NCBI GenBank assembly: GCA_964016885.1
Contig: OZ024743.1
Location: forward strand, 207,700,001 to 207,764,000
Source of the DNA: Eledone cirrhosa
Taxonomy: Eukaryota
DNA: 64,000 nucleotides
Direction: 5' to 3'
Shown here: one piece after another, positions 40,479 through 52,879 of the stretch
Position numbering within the stretch: position 1 is the first letter of the stretch
Layout: every line of letters begins with the position of its first letter
Position numbers and translations under genes: made by a program
Notes under the pieces: model-generated
The model's input: the letters and a program-made list of their open reading frames with translations, nothing else
Databases searched by the model: none
Told to the model about the DNA's origin: nothing

Positions 40479-41068
40479 CAGGTCACCAGTTGGTGTTACT
40501 GGTAACATGTATCCCAGTACAACCTGTCTCATGGTCGGGTCGTTGGCGACTAAACTGGCAACCACACCAAGGTTTCTTGGTGAGGAGGGTGACTTTGGAC
40601 ATCCTGCAGGACTAAAAACAAAACCTGTCAAAAGGGCAAAGGAGCTCAATGGCCATCCAAAATCACTGGGAGAGATGACCCCTTAGCCTTTGTCAAGGCA
40701 GAATTCTAGGAGAAGGAAAACTCTGATATAACACCTGCAACCCTGATGGTATCCAATGATGTTGACTTGTTCTTCTTTTTGGTAAATATCATCTTGGTTA
40801 AGAGAGTGGCACTGGCTTTGTGCAGTGCCTTTGCTCACTATAAAAGCTTCACAGCACAGGCATTGCTTTATATCTGGAGATCTCTCTGCACTTGTCGTCA
40901 CATGGTACCATGGGCCCAGCACTATGTGTCAATGATTGTCACAAGTGTAGTGTTTGTACCAGAGTTTTCAAGTCGCTGGCTGGACTAAAAAGTTCAGCGC
41001 ATCAGTAGGGGTTCTCCTACATGGATATAAAGTTGTGGCCGTACTCGAAAGCGAGTTGGCAGCCACCA
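40479..41068 (+). mobile_element. Bipartite non-autonomous RTE derivative, probably full length (~590 bp)
   Basis: RTE-like 5' UTR motif CTAGGAGAAGGAAAACTCTGA, C-terminal zinc-finger remnant and structured 3' end running into (TA)n; no RT. Confidence 0.7.
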
Positions 41069-41571
41069 TATATGTATGTATGTATATATGTATATATATA
41101 TGTATGTATGTATATATGTATATATATATGTATGTATGTATATATGTATATATATATGTATGTATGTATATATGTATATATATATGTATGTATGTATATA
41201 TGTATATATATATGTATGTATGTATATATGTATATATATATGTATGTATGTATATATGTATATATATATGTATGTATATATGTATATATATATATGTATA
41301 TATATATATGTATGTATATATATATATGTATATATATATATGTATGTATGTATGTATATATATATGTATGTATGTATGTATATATGTATATATGTATGTA
41401 TATATGTATATATGTATGTATATATGTATATATGTATGTATATATGTATGTATGTATATATGTATGTATGTATATATGTATATATGTATGTATATATGTA
41501 TGTATGTATATATGTATGTATATATGTATGTATATATGTATGTATATATGTATATATGTATGTATATATGA

Positions 41572-41602
<31 letters not shown>

Positions 41603-41738
41603 TATATATATGTTATATATATATGTATATATGTATATATATATATGTAATATATGTATATATATATGTATGTATATATGTGTATGTATATATATATGTA
41701 TGTATGTGTGTATGTATATATATATATATATATATATA

Positions 41739-43610
41739 CAGTGCCGTAGCTAGGGTGTGGCAAGCAGGGCACCTGCCATGGGCGCCATATTTAGTGGGGC
41801 GCAATCTCGACCTAGATCGATTTACATCCATGTTTTTATCATTTTTAAAAATTTAAGCCAAAAATGAAGCATGTGATTTCTTGATAGCCGACTTCTACGC
41901 CATGTCTAGTGCACTAGACATGGCAGATGTCTGATTTGACTTCACAAAAATGCACCCCTCCCCTTCCACATAGATAGCAGGGTGGGTTGCAATTATGCGG
42001 GCGCTATTTTTAGCTATACCTTGCAAAACAGCGGATACCTCACTTAAACTCACAAAACCGCCCCCCCCCCCCTTCACACACACACACTGACTGAAGGGAC
42101 GTTGTTTTGGACGTGCAACTGGTGGACACGCTGGCACTATTTTTAGCAATGCATTGCAATGACCAATACAAGATAATTATAATTATGAAGCTGGTTTACA
42201 AAACCGTAGTTTGTCTTTTACAACTGGTACATAAGACGTATAGAAAAGGTATCATAATCCAAATGGCCAAATGACTCCAGTTTAGATGGTTCAATGTTTT
42301 CTTCTATAATACAGTTCGTCAGAATTTACTAAATCGTATCCAAAAAGCAAGATACTATGGTCTGCTGATTGATTCGACCCCTGACCAGGCGCACCGAGAA
42401 CAACTGTCAAACGTTGTGTGATATGACGATGTTGATTTCAATATGAAGACGGTCGTTGTGAGGGAATCTTTTCTTAGATTCATTCAAGTAATCAAAAAAG
42501 ATACCGCAAGCCTTGTTGAAACAATCGTGAAAGAGCTAGAAAAAGATGATCTACCATTGCAGAACTGTCGATCGCAGTGCTACGACAATGCTGCCAGAGA
42601 ATGAGAGAGAAGAATAATTTGATTCACTTCGTTAATTGCAATAACCATTCACTTAATCTGGCTGGTCTTCATGCAGTCCAAAACGATTCTGCTATGATGA
42701 ACTTTTTCAGTTGCATTGACTCGTTATACAACTTTTTTTCTCGTTCAACACGACAATGGGAAGCCCTTAAAGAAGTTGCTCCAGTGGTTGTTAAATATCC
42801 TTCCGACATGCAGTGGAGTGCTAGATGTACCGCAGTCAGACCGGTGGCGAATTATTTGACGCTGATTGTTCAAGTTCTCGAAAAAATTAGTGATGATGAA
42901 ACAGAGACATGCGAGAGTAGAAGTGATGCCAGTAATCTCCATAATCGGATACTGAGTTATGAATTCCTGAACTTGAATGGATTCTGGAACACGATTCTCT
43001 CATGAATTGACAGGGTTCAAAAGAGACTTCAAGATCCAAGAATGAATTTTCACGATGCTGCAGCTGATATAGGAGCCCTTCAACTTTATTTTAAAGAAGG
43101 AACATCCTTAATACACGAGTCTCTTGAAATGGGCTTCGACCTCTGCCAGAAATGGAATGTCGATTTTCCGAGGAGGCGAGGAAGACGACAAACCAATACC
43201 GAAATTACTGAGGACGTCGAGGTGACTGTCAGAAAAAAGATAGAGAGAGCAATGCAAAGTTCACTCAATCGTCTTCAAACAGAAATCGAAGAACGGTTTA
43301 TTCGACTTAAGGAAACTGACTCAAGTTTTGGCTTTCTTCTTGATGTCAACTATCTGTTTTATTTGGCTGCTCCTGATAACCTTGTCCTTAAACAAAGGTG
43401 CAACAGTCTTACGGAACTATACAACTCTGACATTGACGGAGAGCAATTGTATGAGGAAATGTTGGACTGCCAATCTTTGCTGGCTACTAGGACAGCTGAC
43501 CCAATTTTAAAGCCGGAGGCACTTCTCCAATTCATCATACAATACGGCGATGAATGTGTTTTTCCCAATTTGCGAATCAGTACTGTATTTCGACCAATCG
43601 GTGTGTAGTT
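41739..43610 (+). mobile_element. Decayed hAT transposon (Tip100/ZMYM1-like transposase)
   Basis: Left TIR-like CAGTGCCGTAGCTAG; fragments LIDSTPD..REQLS, QCYDNAA, CNNHSLNL, WSAR, FPNL; right TIR not found. Confidence 0.85.
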
Positions 43611-44039
43611 TCACTAGATTACTAAAGCTGATTGGTTTAGGCGTCACGGTTGGTTGAGCATGTCTAACGACTTCTATTTGACCCTATCCAAAGCATCAAT
43701 TGTTTTGCTATTTTTAGAAATGATGAAAAATAACATTTTCTAAGGTTTTTATAAAAAACTTCAGTTCATCACCATCAACATCACTTTTATTATTATTGTT
43801 GTTGTTGTTGTTAGTGGTAGTAGTCGACATGGTCGTAGGCGTAATCATAGTAGAAAAGAAAATAACAGGATAGGGGTCCTCAAGCTGTGGTGTCTGTCCT
43901 AAATAGAAAGCTAATCATGATCCAGCATTCTTAAATGGTACTCTCAATTAAATCGTGAAAAACCATTTTGGTGGTTTGAGAGCTGATGAGGGTGAAGATG
44001 TGTGTGCATATGAACTTGTCTTGTACATCACCTTTCTGT

Positions 44040-44690
44040 ATTTCCCTAGTCTGCCTCATCCTGTCTGTCTGTGTAGGGGCACCCACATGACCACTGAATG
44101 CAGTGTCAACTCTAAATGGTAGTGAGCATGTCCAACTAACCTCAGTCTCCTCAGTGTCACGTTTGAGCTGACTTTTGGGATGCTCCTGTACAGCTCTGAG
44201 TTCTTCATCCTCAGTGTGTTCAGGTTAATGTTCATAACCATCCTCAGTATCCTCGTGTAGCACCCATCCACTATCTGAGTGAGTCTCTTGGTTAGCGTTC
44301 AAGTCTCAGACCCGTACAGTAACACAGACTCCAATCTATGACACGCCGCCTAGGCTTTGCTCTTCATCTCCACCACATCGTCCTCTGTGTACCCAATCTT
44401 TGCTCGCAGATACAGGAAGTCTTCAACCAGCTCTAGTGGCTTCCCCACCACATTCATAATCTTCTCTGGCTCCTTGATGTTCTCTACCAGATACTTCGTC
44501 TTACTCTCATTCATTCTCAACCCCACACTCATCGACATAGTCTCCACCTCCTGCATCAACTCCTCTGCTTCTTTCATTGTGTTTGTCACCAGAACTATGT
44601 CATTAGCAAATTCAGCATCTGATATCTTTTTAGCCTAAACTCTCCTTCTCTGAGCCAGTGTTACAGTGAAACCTGAGTCCTAGTGTTTCC
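44040..44690 (-). pseudogene. Older RTE family R3 fragment
   Basis: DGCYTRILRM and [14 protein letters not shown] are homologous to 20444-21326. Confidence 0.85.
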
Positions 44691-44691
44691 C

Positions 44692-44832
44692 ACACACTTA
44701 TAGAAATGAAACTGTTTATAGTGTCAAAAGAACGAAAATGTTTTCAGAATCATATTAACATCAAAGTATACATTACCATTTATCAATATATATACGTATA
44801 TATATATATTCATATACATATATATACACACC

Positions 44833-44875
<43 letters not shown>

Positions 44876-44969
44876 TAATGAATGATAGTCTATACTTTGA
44901 TGTTAATATGATTCTGAAAACATTTTCGTTCTTTTGACACTATAAACAGTTTCATTTATATAAGTGTGT
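44692..44969. repeat. Foldback with ~100-bp arms around a TA/CA microsatellite loop
   Basis: acacacttatagaaatgaaactg.. / ..cagtttcatttatataagtgtgt. Confidence 0.8.
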
Positions 44970-45302
44970 AAATGTGTACGTTTGTGTGTGTATGTGTGTG
45001 TGTGTTTATAACGTGTATGTGTATGTGTGTGTGTGTGTTTCAATATAACTATAACAAACCAAAAATAACAATTTTTTTTTTGTTTATCATGTTGAGAATA
45101 ATAAATGAAAATGTATAATGGTATTTTCTATATATTTCATCATCATCATCCTTACCATCATCATCATCTTCACGATCATCATCATCGTTTTAATGTCCAC
45201 TTTCTCTGCTAACAAGCTATTCTGAAATCAATAATATTAATTTTATACTACATCACATTGAAGTTTCATTATCATAGAATATCATTATTCATTATAGTTT
45301 TA

Positions 45303-45521
45303 GGGTGGTGGATTGGCAGTAATCGGTAGAGCGTCGGCCAACATGCTTTGCAGCATAGAGTTATGGCCCTTTACATTCTGAGTTCAAATCCCGTTGAGGT
45401 TAGCTTTGCCTTTCATTCTTACATGGTCCATAAAATAAAGCACCAGTAACGTACTGGGGTCGATTTAATCGACTTTCCACTCTCCAATTGTTGGCCTTGT
45501 GCCTAAATCAGAAACTATTAT
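45303..45521 (+). mobile_element. tRNA-derived SINE, family A
   Basis: A box, B box and core domain. Confidence 0.85.
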
Positions 45522-45697
45522 TATGGTTTTCAGTTGCGTCACTTTAAGTTCTGTTTTTTTTTTCAAATGTATCAGGAATAACTTTCCCTTTTATCATTCC
45601 AATGTCGGAGGTAGTCATAAAATATGTATCAGATATGTATTTAGGATTGTTTTAAAATAAATAACTGCCTTTTGGCAAAATATGTAGCCCTATGTTA

Positions 45698-46040
45698 AAG
45701 CAGTGAATTGGCAGTCGTTAGAATGTCTCATAGAATGCTTTGTGGAATTCATTTATGCTATCTATTCTTGAGTTCAAATCCCTTCGAAGTTAACTTTGCC
45801 TTTCATCCATTCCAGATCAATTTTAAAAAGTACCAGTCTGATACTGGGGTCAATTCTTCCTCTATACCTCTTCTTCACTTTCATTCTCTCACTCTCTCTA
45901 TCCTATGCTGGAAGAAGTTTGCTATATTCAGACCTGGAAAGGAGATGATCTCTGCCAGGTTTTAAAATGCCCTAGAAATGCCATATGTCAATATGGCACC
46001 CCTACAACTCCTTCAGGGGTTTATGGGTTCATACCATACT
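45698..46040 (+). mobile_element. SINE family A variant with alternative ~190-bp tail
   Basis: Tail shared with 59728-60050. Confidence 0.65.
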
Positions 46041-46279
46041 AGTGTAAGAAAATCTGAATGATGAAATTTAGTCATCATAGAATAGAATGGTTTGTAGTAT
46101 TTAAATACATTTTTTAAAACTTTAAAATTATTTATTAGTTTTCATAATTAATTATATAAATAATGAAAAAAATGGGGGAAGGGGAAAAGAAGGGCAGATC
46201 TGGTTGTATAGGAAAGCAAAGAAAAGGACTATAAATGACATAAATGAGAAGAAAGGGAAGGGAAGAGAGTACAATACCC

Positions 46280-46472
46280 TACCCTCTGGACAGGCCACCA
46301 GTCCCTCACAAGGTTAAACCCCCAGCCATTGCTGCTGGTACTAATTTTTAGCTGAGTATACTGGAGCAATGAGAAATGAAGTGTTTTGCTCAAGAACACA
46401 ACATTCAACCCAGTCTAGGAATTGACCCCACAATATTATGTTTGTAAGTCCAACACCCTTACCACTAGGCCA
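46280..46472 (-). mobile_element. tRNA-derived CORE-like SINE
   Basis: Minus strand: A box TGGCCTAGTGG, B box GGTCAATTCC, TGTGTTCTTGAGCAAAACACTT. Confidence 0.7.
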
Positions 46473-46880
46473 TAGGTAAGGGTTAATAACTTAACAAATT
46501 AAATTTTGAACTGGAAAATAGTATTCTTGAAAAATCATATTCTTGCTTTAGTAGGAAAAGAGTATTAATGTTTCAGATGCTAGTCCTTCATCAGAAGATA
46601 GAATGAGAAGTAAAATATGAAATAGAAAGATAGTGATAAGGAAGAGGAAGGGAAAAAGAATGTTTTTGAGAAAAATCATGTGTGTATTGACATTTTAGAG
46701 AAAATATAGAAGAATTTAGAGAAAGATTTACTATGTCATTATTGTATTGGTGTTTACATAAAGATTCTTATATAGAATTATAAAGAAAGGTTTTATAGAT
46801 AAATATAAATACTTTGGAAGATACCTATCTCCTAGACTTTAAACTCTGAGACTATAGAGTTAATATAAAGGATGGTGTAC

Positions 46881-47002
46881 AGAGATGCTATAAAATAACT
46901 TATAAGATAGGGTGAAAACCTTTAAAAGCAGCTGATGGTGATGTCTTTTTCTGTCTTCTAAGGGTCTTCACCCTATTTTATAAGCTGTTTCATAGCATCT
47001 CT
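46881..47002. repeat. Degenerate foldback, ~48-bp arms
   Basis: agagatgctat..atagggtgaa / ttcaccctat..atagcatctct. Confidence 0.6.
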
Positions 47003-47237
47003 CCATATGAGAATATCAACTTTTATAAATACTTTAAAAGAAGCAGCTTTATATCAAACAGACATGGTTGGTTTCAAGTTGTTTGGTATTGAGATAAATA
47101 TAGTTTGAAGGTTAAACAAATAGAAATACAAAATAAATGTGTCTAATATTTTAAAGTCACCTGACATTTCTAAAGTGATTCACTTATTCAAAAGTTGTTC
47201 TATACTAATATCATTATTATTCATCTGTAGTATTTAA

Positions 47238-47431
47238 AGGCGGGGGATTGGCAGTATCGGTAGAGGGTCGGACGCCATGCTTTGACGCATAGAGTTACTG
47301 CCCTTGCCATTCTGAGTTCAAATCCCGCCAAGGTTAACTTTGCCTTTCATCCTTACGGGGTCGATAAAATAAAATACCAGTAATACACTGGATAGTTGCT
47401 GGCCTTCTGCCAAAAGTAGAAACAATTATTA
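47238..47431 (+). mobile_element. tRNA-derived SINE, family A
   Basis: A box, B box and core domain. Confidence 0.85.
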
Positions 47432-47452
47432 TTCATCTATATATATAGTTAT

Positions 47453-47603
47453 ATAGTTATGTAATAAACAACATAAGGCAATTATTTCATTTACCACTGG
47501 TAAATGAAATAATTGCCTTATGTTGTTTATTACATAACTATTAAGCTCTGTTACCTACATAGAGCACTCTTTTTTCCTGGACTTTTCTGACGGAATTACT
47601 TCA
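47453..47603. mobile_element. Asymmetric foldback element, family F2
   Basis: Perfect 44-bp palindrome arms centred on 47497 plus a 62-bp tail homologous to the reverse complement of 10434-10496. Confidence 0.78.
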
Positions 47604-47944
47604 CATATATAGTTATATATCTGTATATATAGTTATATACATATAGTTATATATATACATATAGTTATATATATACATTACACTCTATATATAGTTATAC
47701 ATATATATATATTACACTGTATATAGAGTTATACATATATACATTATACAATCTGTGTATAGTTTTGTTTCATGTTATTTCTTCTTCCCAATGTCTTCTG
47801 TTTTAGTTTTTTTCAGCTGCCATATTTACTTCTCTGTTGACAATTTATTATTCATCTGTTACAAACTTATATTTTTATCTAACTTGTTTTGGGTGAAATA
47901 CAGTTTCTAGTTCATTACCTCTTTATATTACTGACTTGTGAAAG

Positions 47945-48170
47945 TATTTAGTGGGTGCAACATACGTTTGATTCCTGGTGGAGCATTGTGCCCTTGAGCA
48001 AGACACTTTATTTCATGTCACTCCAGTCCACTCAACTGTTGTACCTGTAATTCGAAGGACCAGTCTTGTCACACTGTGTCTTGCTGACTCTCCCCAAGAA
48101 TTGTGTTACGGGTGTCTGTAGAATACTCAGCCACTTGCACATTGACTGTTGGTCAAATAGCTTGAACACT
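47945..48170 (+). mobile_element. CORE-like SINE, degenerate
   Basis: GTTTGATTCC B box; TGTGCCCTTGAGCAAGACACTT. Confidence 0.6.
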
Positions 48171-49818
48171 TGTAACACCAATAGTGGTCCAATATATATA
48201 TATATATATATATCATTACCACCACCATTTAATGTCCATTTTTCCATGCTAGCATGAGTTAGACGAGTTGTCCAGATGTGATCCAAGCCAGATCAGATGA
48301 CCATGTCTTGCTCACACTGGACCGATTTCGGCTTGGTTTCTACAGCTGGATGATATATATATATATATATATATAACAAGTTATAATACTGCACTTCCTA
48401 CTCTTAAACTAATCAATCATGATGGTGTTTCTTTTTATAAAATATCAATCCAACTTTTCCTGTTTCTCTTTTAACTTGTTTTCAACTTAGAAAATTTATA
48501 AATTGAAAGCCTTGTGTATATGTAACATATCAAAGTGTGTGTGTTCCAAATCTGTTATTTTGTATTATGTCAATGTATTATTATTACATCTCTACCGATA
48601 ACCAGGTGGATCTCTTCAACTATTCTTAGGTTACTATCTTGTCTTTTTCTTGTTGCTCCAGGACTTACTGTAAGTTAATACTTAAATTCTCCTAGCATGT
48701 AGACACACTCTTTTGGCTGACTGCAACTTCCTGAGATCTAGATATGTCCTTCATCCTTACATCTGCACTAATCTTCCCTTCTCAATAGGCTCCATTTCTT
48801 CCTGCTTATACAAATCAGTTCTCAATTGCTTGAAATCTTCTGAACTGATTCTTATTGTTTCAGTCTAAATAGTTTGAACAGGTTTCACTTTAGTTTCACT
48901 TATTAATATTATTACACATTTCTATTTTTTCACTGAAAATCTATTTCTATCTCTTCTCAACACACAATGCAACTAATGGTTTCATGAGCTAACAAAGCTT
49001 CAGAACTGCAAGCTATAGATGCAGCAAACAGAATACCCTGTAGATGAACCATAAATAAATAGCACTATTTGTACAATATATATATAGAGAGAAAGAGAGT
49101 ATGCTATTTCTTGTTGATATTTGAGAGTGTGCGTGTGTTCTTTGACCTTGTTGATATTTTCACCATGTAGCAAAATTAAAAAAGGAAAATTAAAAAAACC
49201 CCAAAGAAACAATCATTAAAATTAAAATAAAAGTTATTCAGTTGTATATTGTCATATTTACTGCTCCTTTTATTTAAAATTCTAATGCTTTCACAGTTTC
49301 ACAGATGAAGTCTCTTCTAAGCTGTTCTCTTTGATGGAATGTTTAACTCTGTAAATTCTTTTTCTTCCTGTCTGCTATGAAAATTCTAATAGAATTTGTT
49401 CTTTTATATTTCTCTCATTTTCAGTTGTTTTGTGAAAAAAGTAGTAAAATGGCTGCATTTCTGAGTTGCCTAAAATCTCAGAAGTAAACAACTTGCTAAT
49501 ATATTGACATCTTTTTAACACATTTCTTACCATATTTCTAATGAAATATAACTGTGTTTCAATTAAAACACTTTTCTTCACATTTATGGCATATATATTC
49601 CTTTCTTTTACTTTCATATACAGCCAAATCTGCCCTAATTTAACCCTTTGCAACCCTTTTTTAAAATTATTTATATAATCAATTATGAAAACGCAAGAAA
49701 TAATTTATTGTAGATATAAATTTTAATAAATTTTTCTTAAGTCTTCAAACATTAAAAAACAAAATTCTATGTTTAGTGATTTGTCATTGCAATCTTCTTG
49801 TTTCCCATTGCTGACAAC

Positions 49819-50199
49819 ACTACACTGTCTATATAGTTATATATACATTACACTGTCTACATAGTTATATATACATTACACTGTCTATATAGTTATATAT
49901 ACATTACACTGTCTACATAGTTATATATACATTACACTGTCTATATAGTTATATATACATTACACTGTCTATATAGTTATATATACATTACACTGTCTAC
50001 ATAGTTATATATACATTACACTGTCTATATAGTTATATATACATTACACTGTCTATATAGTTATATATACATTACACTGTATATATAGTTATTTATACAT
50101 TACATTGTATATATAGTTATATATATATATATTTATACATTACATTGTATATATAGTTATATATATATATATATATATACATTATAATGTATATATAGT

Positions 50200-50230
<31 letters not shown>

Positions 50231-50811
50231 TATAATGTATATATAGTTATATATATATATATTACAATGTATATATAGTTATATATACATTACAATGTAT
50301 ATATAGTTATATATATATATATTACAATGTATATATAGTTATATATACATTACAATGTATATATAGTTATATATATATATTACAATGTATATATAGTTAT
50401 ATATATATACATTACAATGTATATATAGTTATATATATATATACACTACACAGTATATATAGTTATATATACAACATTAGACTGTTTATATAGTTATATA
50501 TATATATATATCTGTATATATACTTATATATATATATACATTACACTGTATATATAGTTATATATATATACATTACACTGTATATATAGTTATATATATA
50601 TACATTACACTGTATATATAGTTATATATATATACATTACACTGTATATATAGTTATATATATATACATTACACTGTATATATAGTTATATATATATATA
50701 TATTACACTCTATATATAGTTATACATATATATATTACACTCTATATATAGTTATACATATATATATTACACTCTATATATAGTTATACATATATATATT
50801 ACACTCTATAT
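49819..50811. repeat. ~28-32-bp minisatellite (tacactgtctatatagttatatatacat)
   Basis: About 30 units; continues at 52326-52425 and also occurs at 47604-47750. Confidence 0.9.
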
Positions 50812-51103
50812 ATAAAAACAAATAACGAAACGAAATTAAATTTCGTTTCGCTTCTAACTCACTTTTGTATGACTGACGCTTAAACAATTAAGTTAAAGTG
50901 TACATCTACATATGTATACGGAAGTATTAGTATGCATATAAATACACACATGTATACATATGTACATGTACTCAGCTTTTCACTAGACACTTTACAGTGA
51001 GTGTCAGCTAGTCTGTATGTAACCACACAGGCGGACCGGGTTTTAGAGTCATACGAGTTTTCAAGGAAACACATTTCCTCTATTCTCCAGAGGGCCAGAC
51101 AGG

Positions 51104-51148
51104 AATATTGGACTAGTTTCGATGTTATTACATCTCATCAGCAATATT
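51104..51148 (-). ncRNA. Type I hammerhead ribozyme
   Basis: AATATTG CTGATGA GATGT aata ACATC GAAA CTAG TC CAATATT. Confidence 0.92.
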
Positions 51149-51572
51149 TACCCATCTTCCGGCTTCTCTGGAGAATTGTAAAAGCACATATCGTTATATG
51201 CTTTTTCTATGAAAATTAGTAGTGGGTAGACTAATTTGCATAGAACGTGAGTCATTGTACGCACCGGTTCAGCGGAAACGATAAAAACAAATAACGAAAC
51301 GAAATTAAATTTCGTTTCGCTTCTAACTCATTTTTGTATGACTGACGCTTAAACAATTAAGTTAAAGTGTACATCTACATATGTATACGGAAGTATTAGT
51401 ATGCATATAAATACACACATGTATACATATGTACATGTACTCAGCTTTTCACTAGACACTTTACAGTGAGTGTCAGCTAGTCTGTATGTAACCACACAGG
51501 CGGACCGGGTTTTAGAGTCATACGAGTTTTCAAGGAAACACATTTCCTCTATTCTCCAGAGGGCCAGGCAGG

Positions 51573-51617
51573 AATATTGGACTAGTTTCGATGTTATTAC
51601 ATCTCATCAGCAATATT
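51573..51617 (-). ncRNA. Type I hammerhead ribozyme
   Basis: Identical motif 469 bp from the first. Confidence 0.92.
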
Positions 51618-52061
51618 TACCCATCTTCCGGCTTCTCTGGAGAATTGTAAAAGCACATATCGTTATATGCTTTTTCTATGAAAATTAGTAGTGGGTAGAC
51701 TAATTTGCATAGAACGTGAGTCATACAGACTAGCTGACACTCACTGTAAAGTGTCTAGTGAAAAGCTGAGTACATGTACATATGTATACATGTGTGTATT
51801 TATATGCATACTAATACTTCCGTATACATATGTAGATGTACACTTTAACTTAATTGTTTAAGCGTCAGTCATACAAAAGTGAGTTAGAAGCGAAACGAAA
51901 TTTAATTTCGTTTCGTTATTTGTTTTTATCGTTTCCGCTGAACCGGTGCGTACAATGACTCACGTTCTATGCAAATTAGTCTACCCACTACTAATTTTCA
52001 TAGAAAAAGCATATAACGATATGTGCTTTTACAATTCTCCAGAGAAGCCGGAAGATGGGTA

Positions 52062-52106
52062 AATATTGCTGATGAGATGTAATAACATCGAAACTAGTCC
52101 AATATT
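52062..52106 (+). ncRNA. Type I hammerhead ribozyme
   Basis: Identical motif; predicted cleavage after GUC at 52099. Confidence 0.92.
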
Positions 52107-52879
52107 CCTGTCTGGCCCTCTGGAGAATAGAGGAAATGTGTTTCCTTGAAAACTCGTATGACTCTAAAACCCGGTCCGCCTGTGTGGTTACATACAGACT
52201 AGCTGACACTCACTGTAAAGTGTCTAGTGAAAAGCTGAGTACATGTACATATGTATACATGTGTGTATTTATATGCATACTAATACTTCCGTATACATAT
52301 GTAGATGTACACTTTAACTTAATTGACTCTATATATAGTTATACATATATACATTACACTCTATATATAGTTATACATATATATATTACATCTATATATA
52401 GTTATACATATATACATTATACAGTCTGTGTATAGTTTTGTTTCATGTTATTTCTTCTTCCCAATGTCTTCTGTTTTAGTATTTTTCAGCTGCCATATTT
52501 ACTTCTCTGTTAACAATTTGTCTTACAAGAATATTTGAAAGATGGGGGGAAGGACACTATTGTTTTCTGTAATATATATATTTGTGTGTGTGTGTGTGTG
52601 TGTATATATAAAATATATATATATATGTGTGCTTTTATGTATGTATGTTTTCACTATCTCTTAATTTTGAGTTTACTTTTGACTGGCCACCTTCCCGGTG
52701 GGAAGGTTGTTAAAGAAAAGAAATTGTCATCACATCTTGTGTAAGCATTCATCTTTTGAATCTTAAGAATATTTTACATACTATAAGGTGTCAGATATCA
52801 CAACCATTATAGTTTATGACTTAAGGAGCTACATTCTTTCTCCACAATTTCAAGCTCATTTATACTTATGTCCAGGTGG

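Larger units (their letters stand above)
50812..52325. mobile_element. Retrozyme-like element: 469-bp tandem units with a hammerhead, in inverted arrangement
   Basis: 1.95 units minus-sense (50812-51724) plus 1.29 units plus-sense (51722-52325); units nearly identical; three HHRs. Confidence 0.88.

Noticed and set aside
50880-52435. 64-72 aa ORFs within the 469-bp unit
   Set aside because: Non-ATG starts and no recognisable motif; they are repeated only because the unit is repeated.
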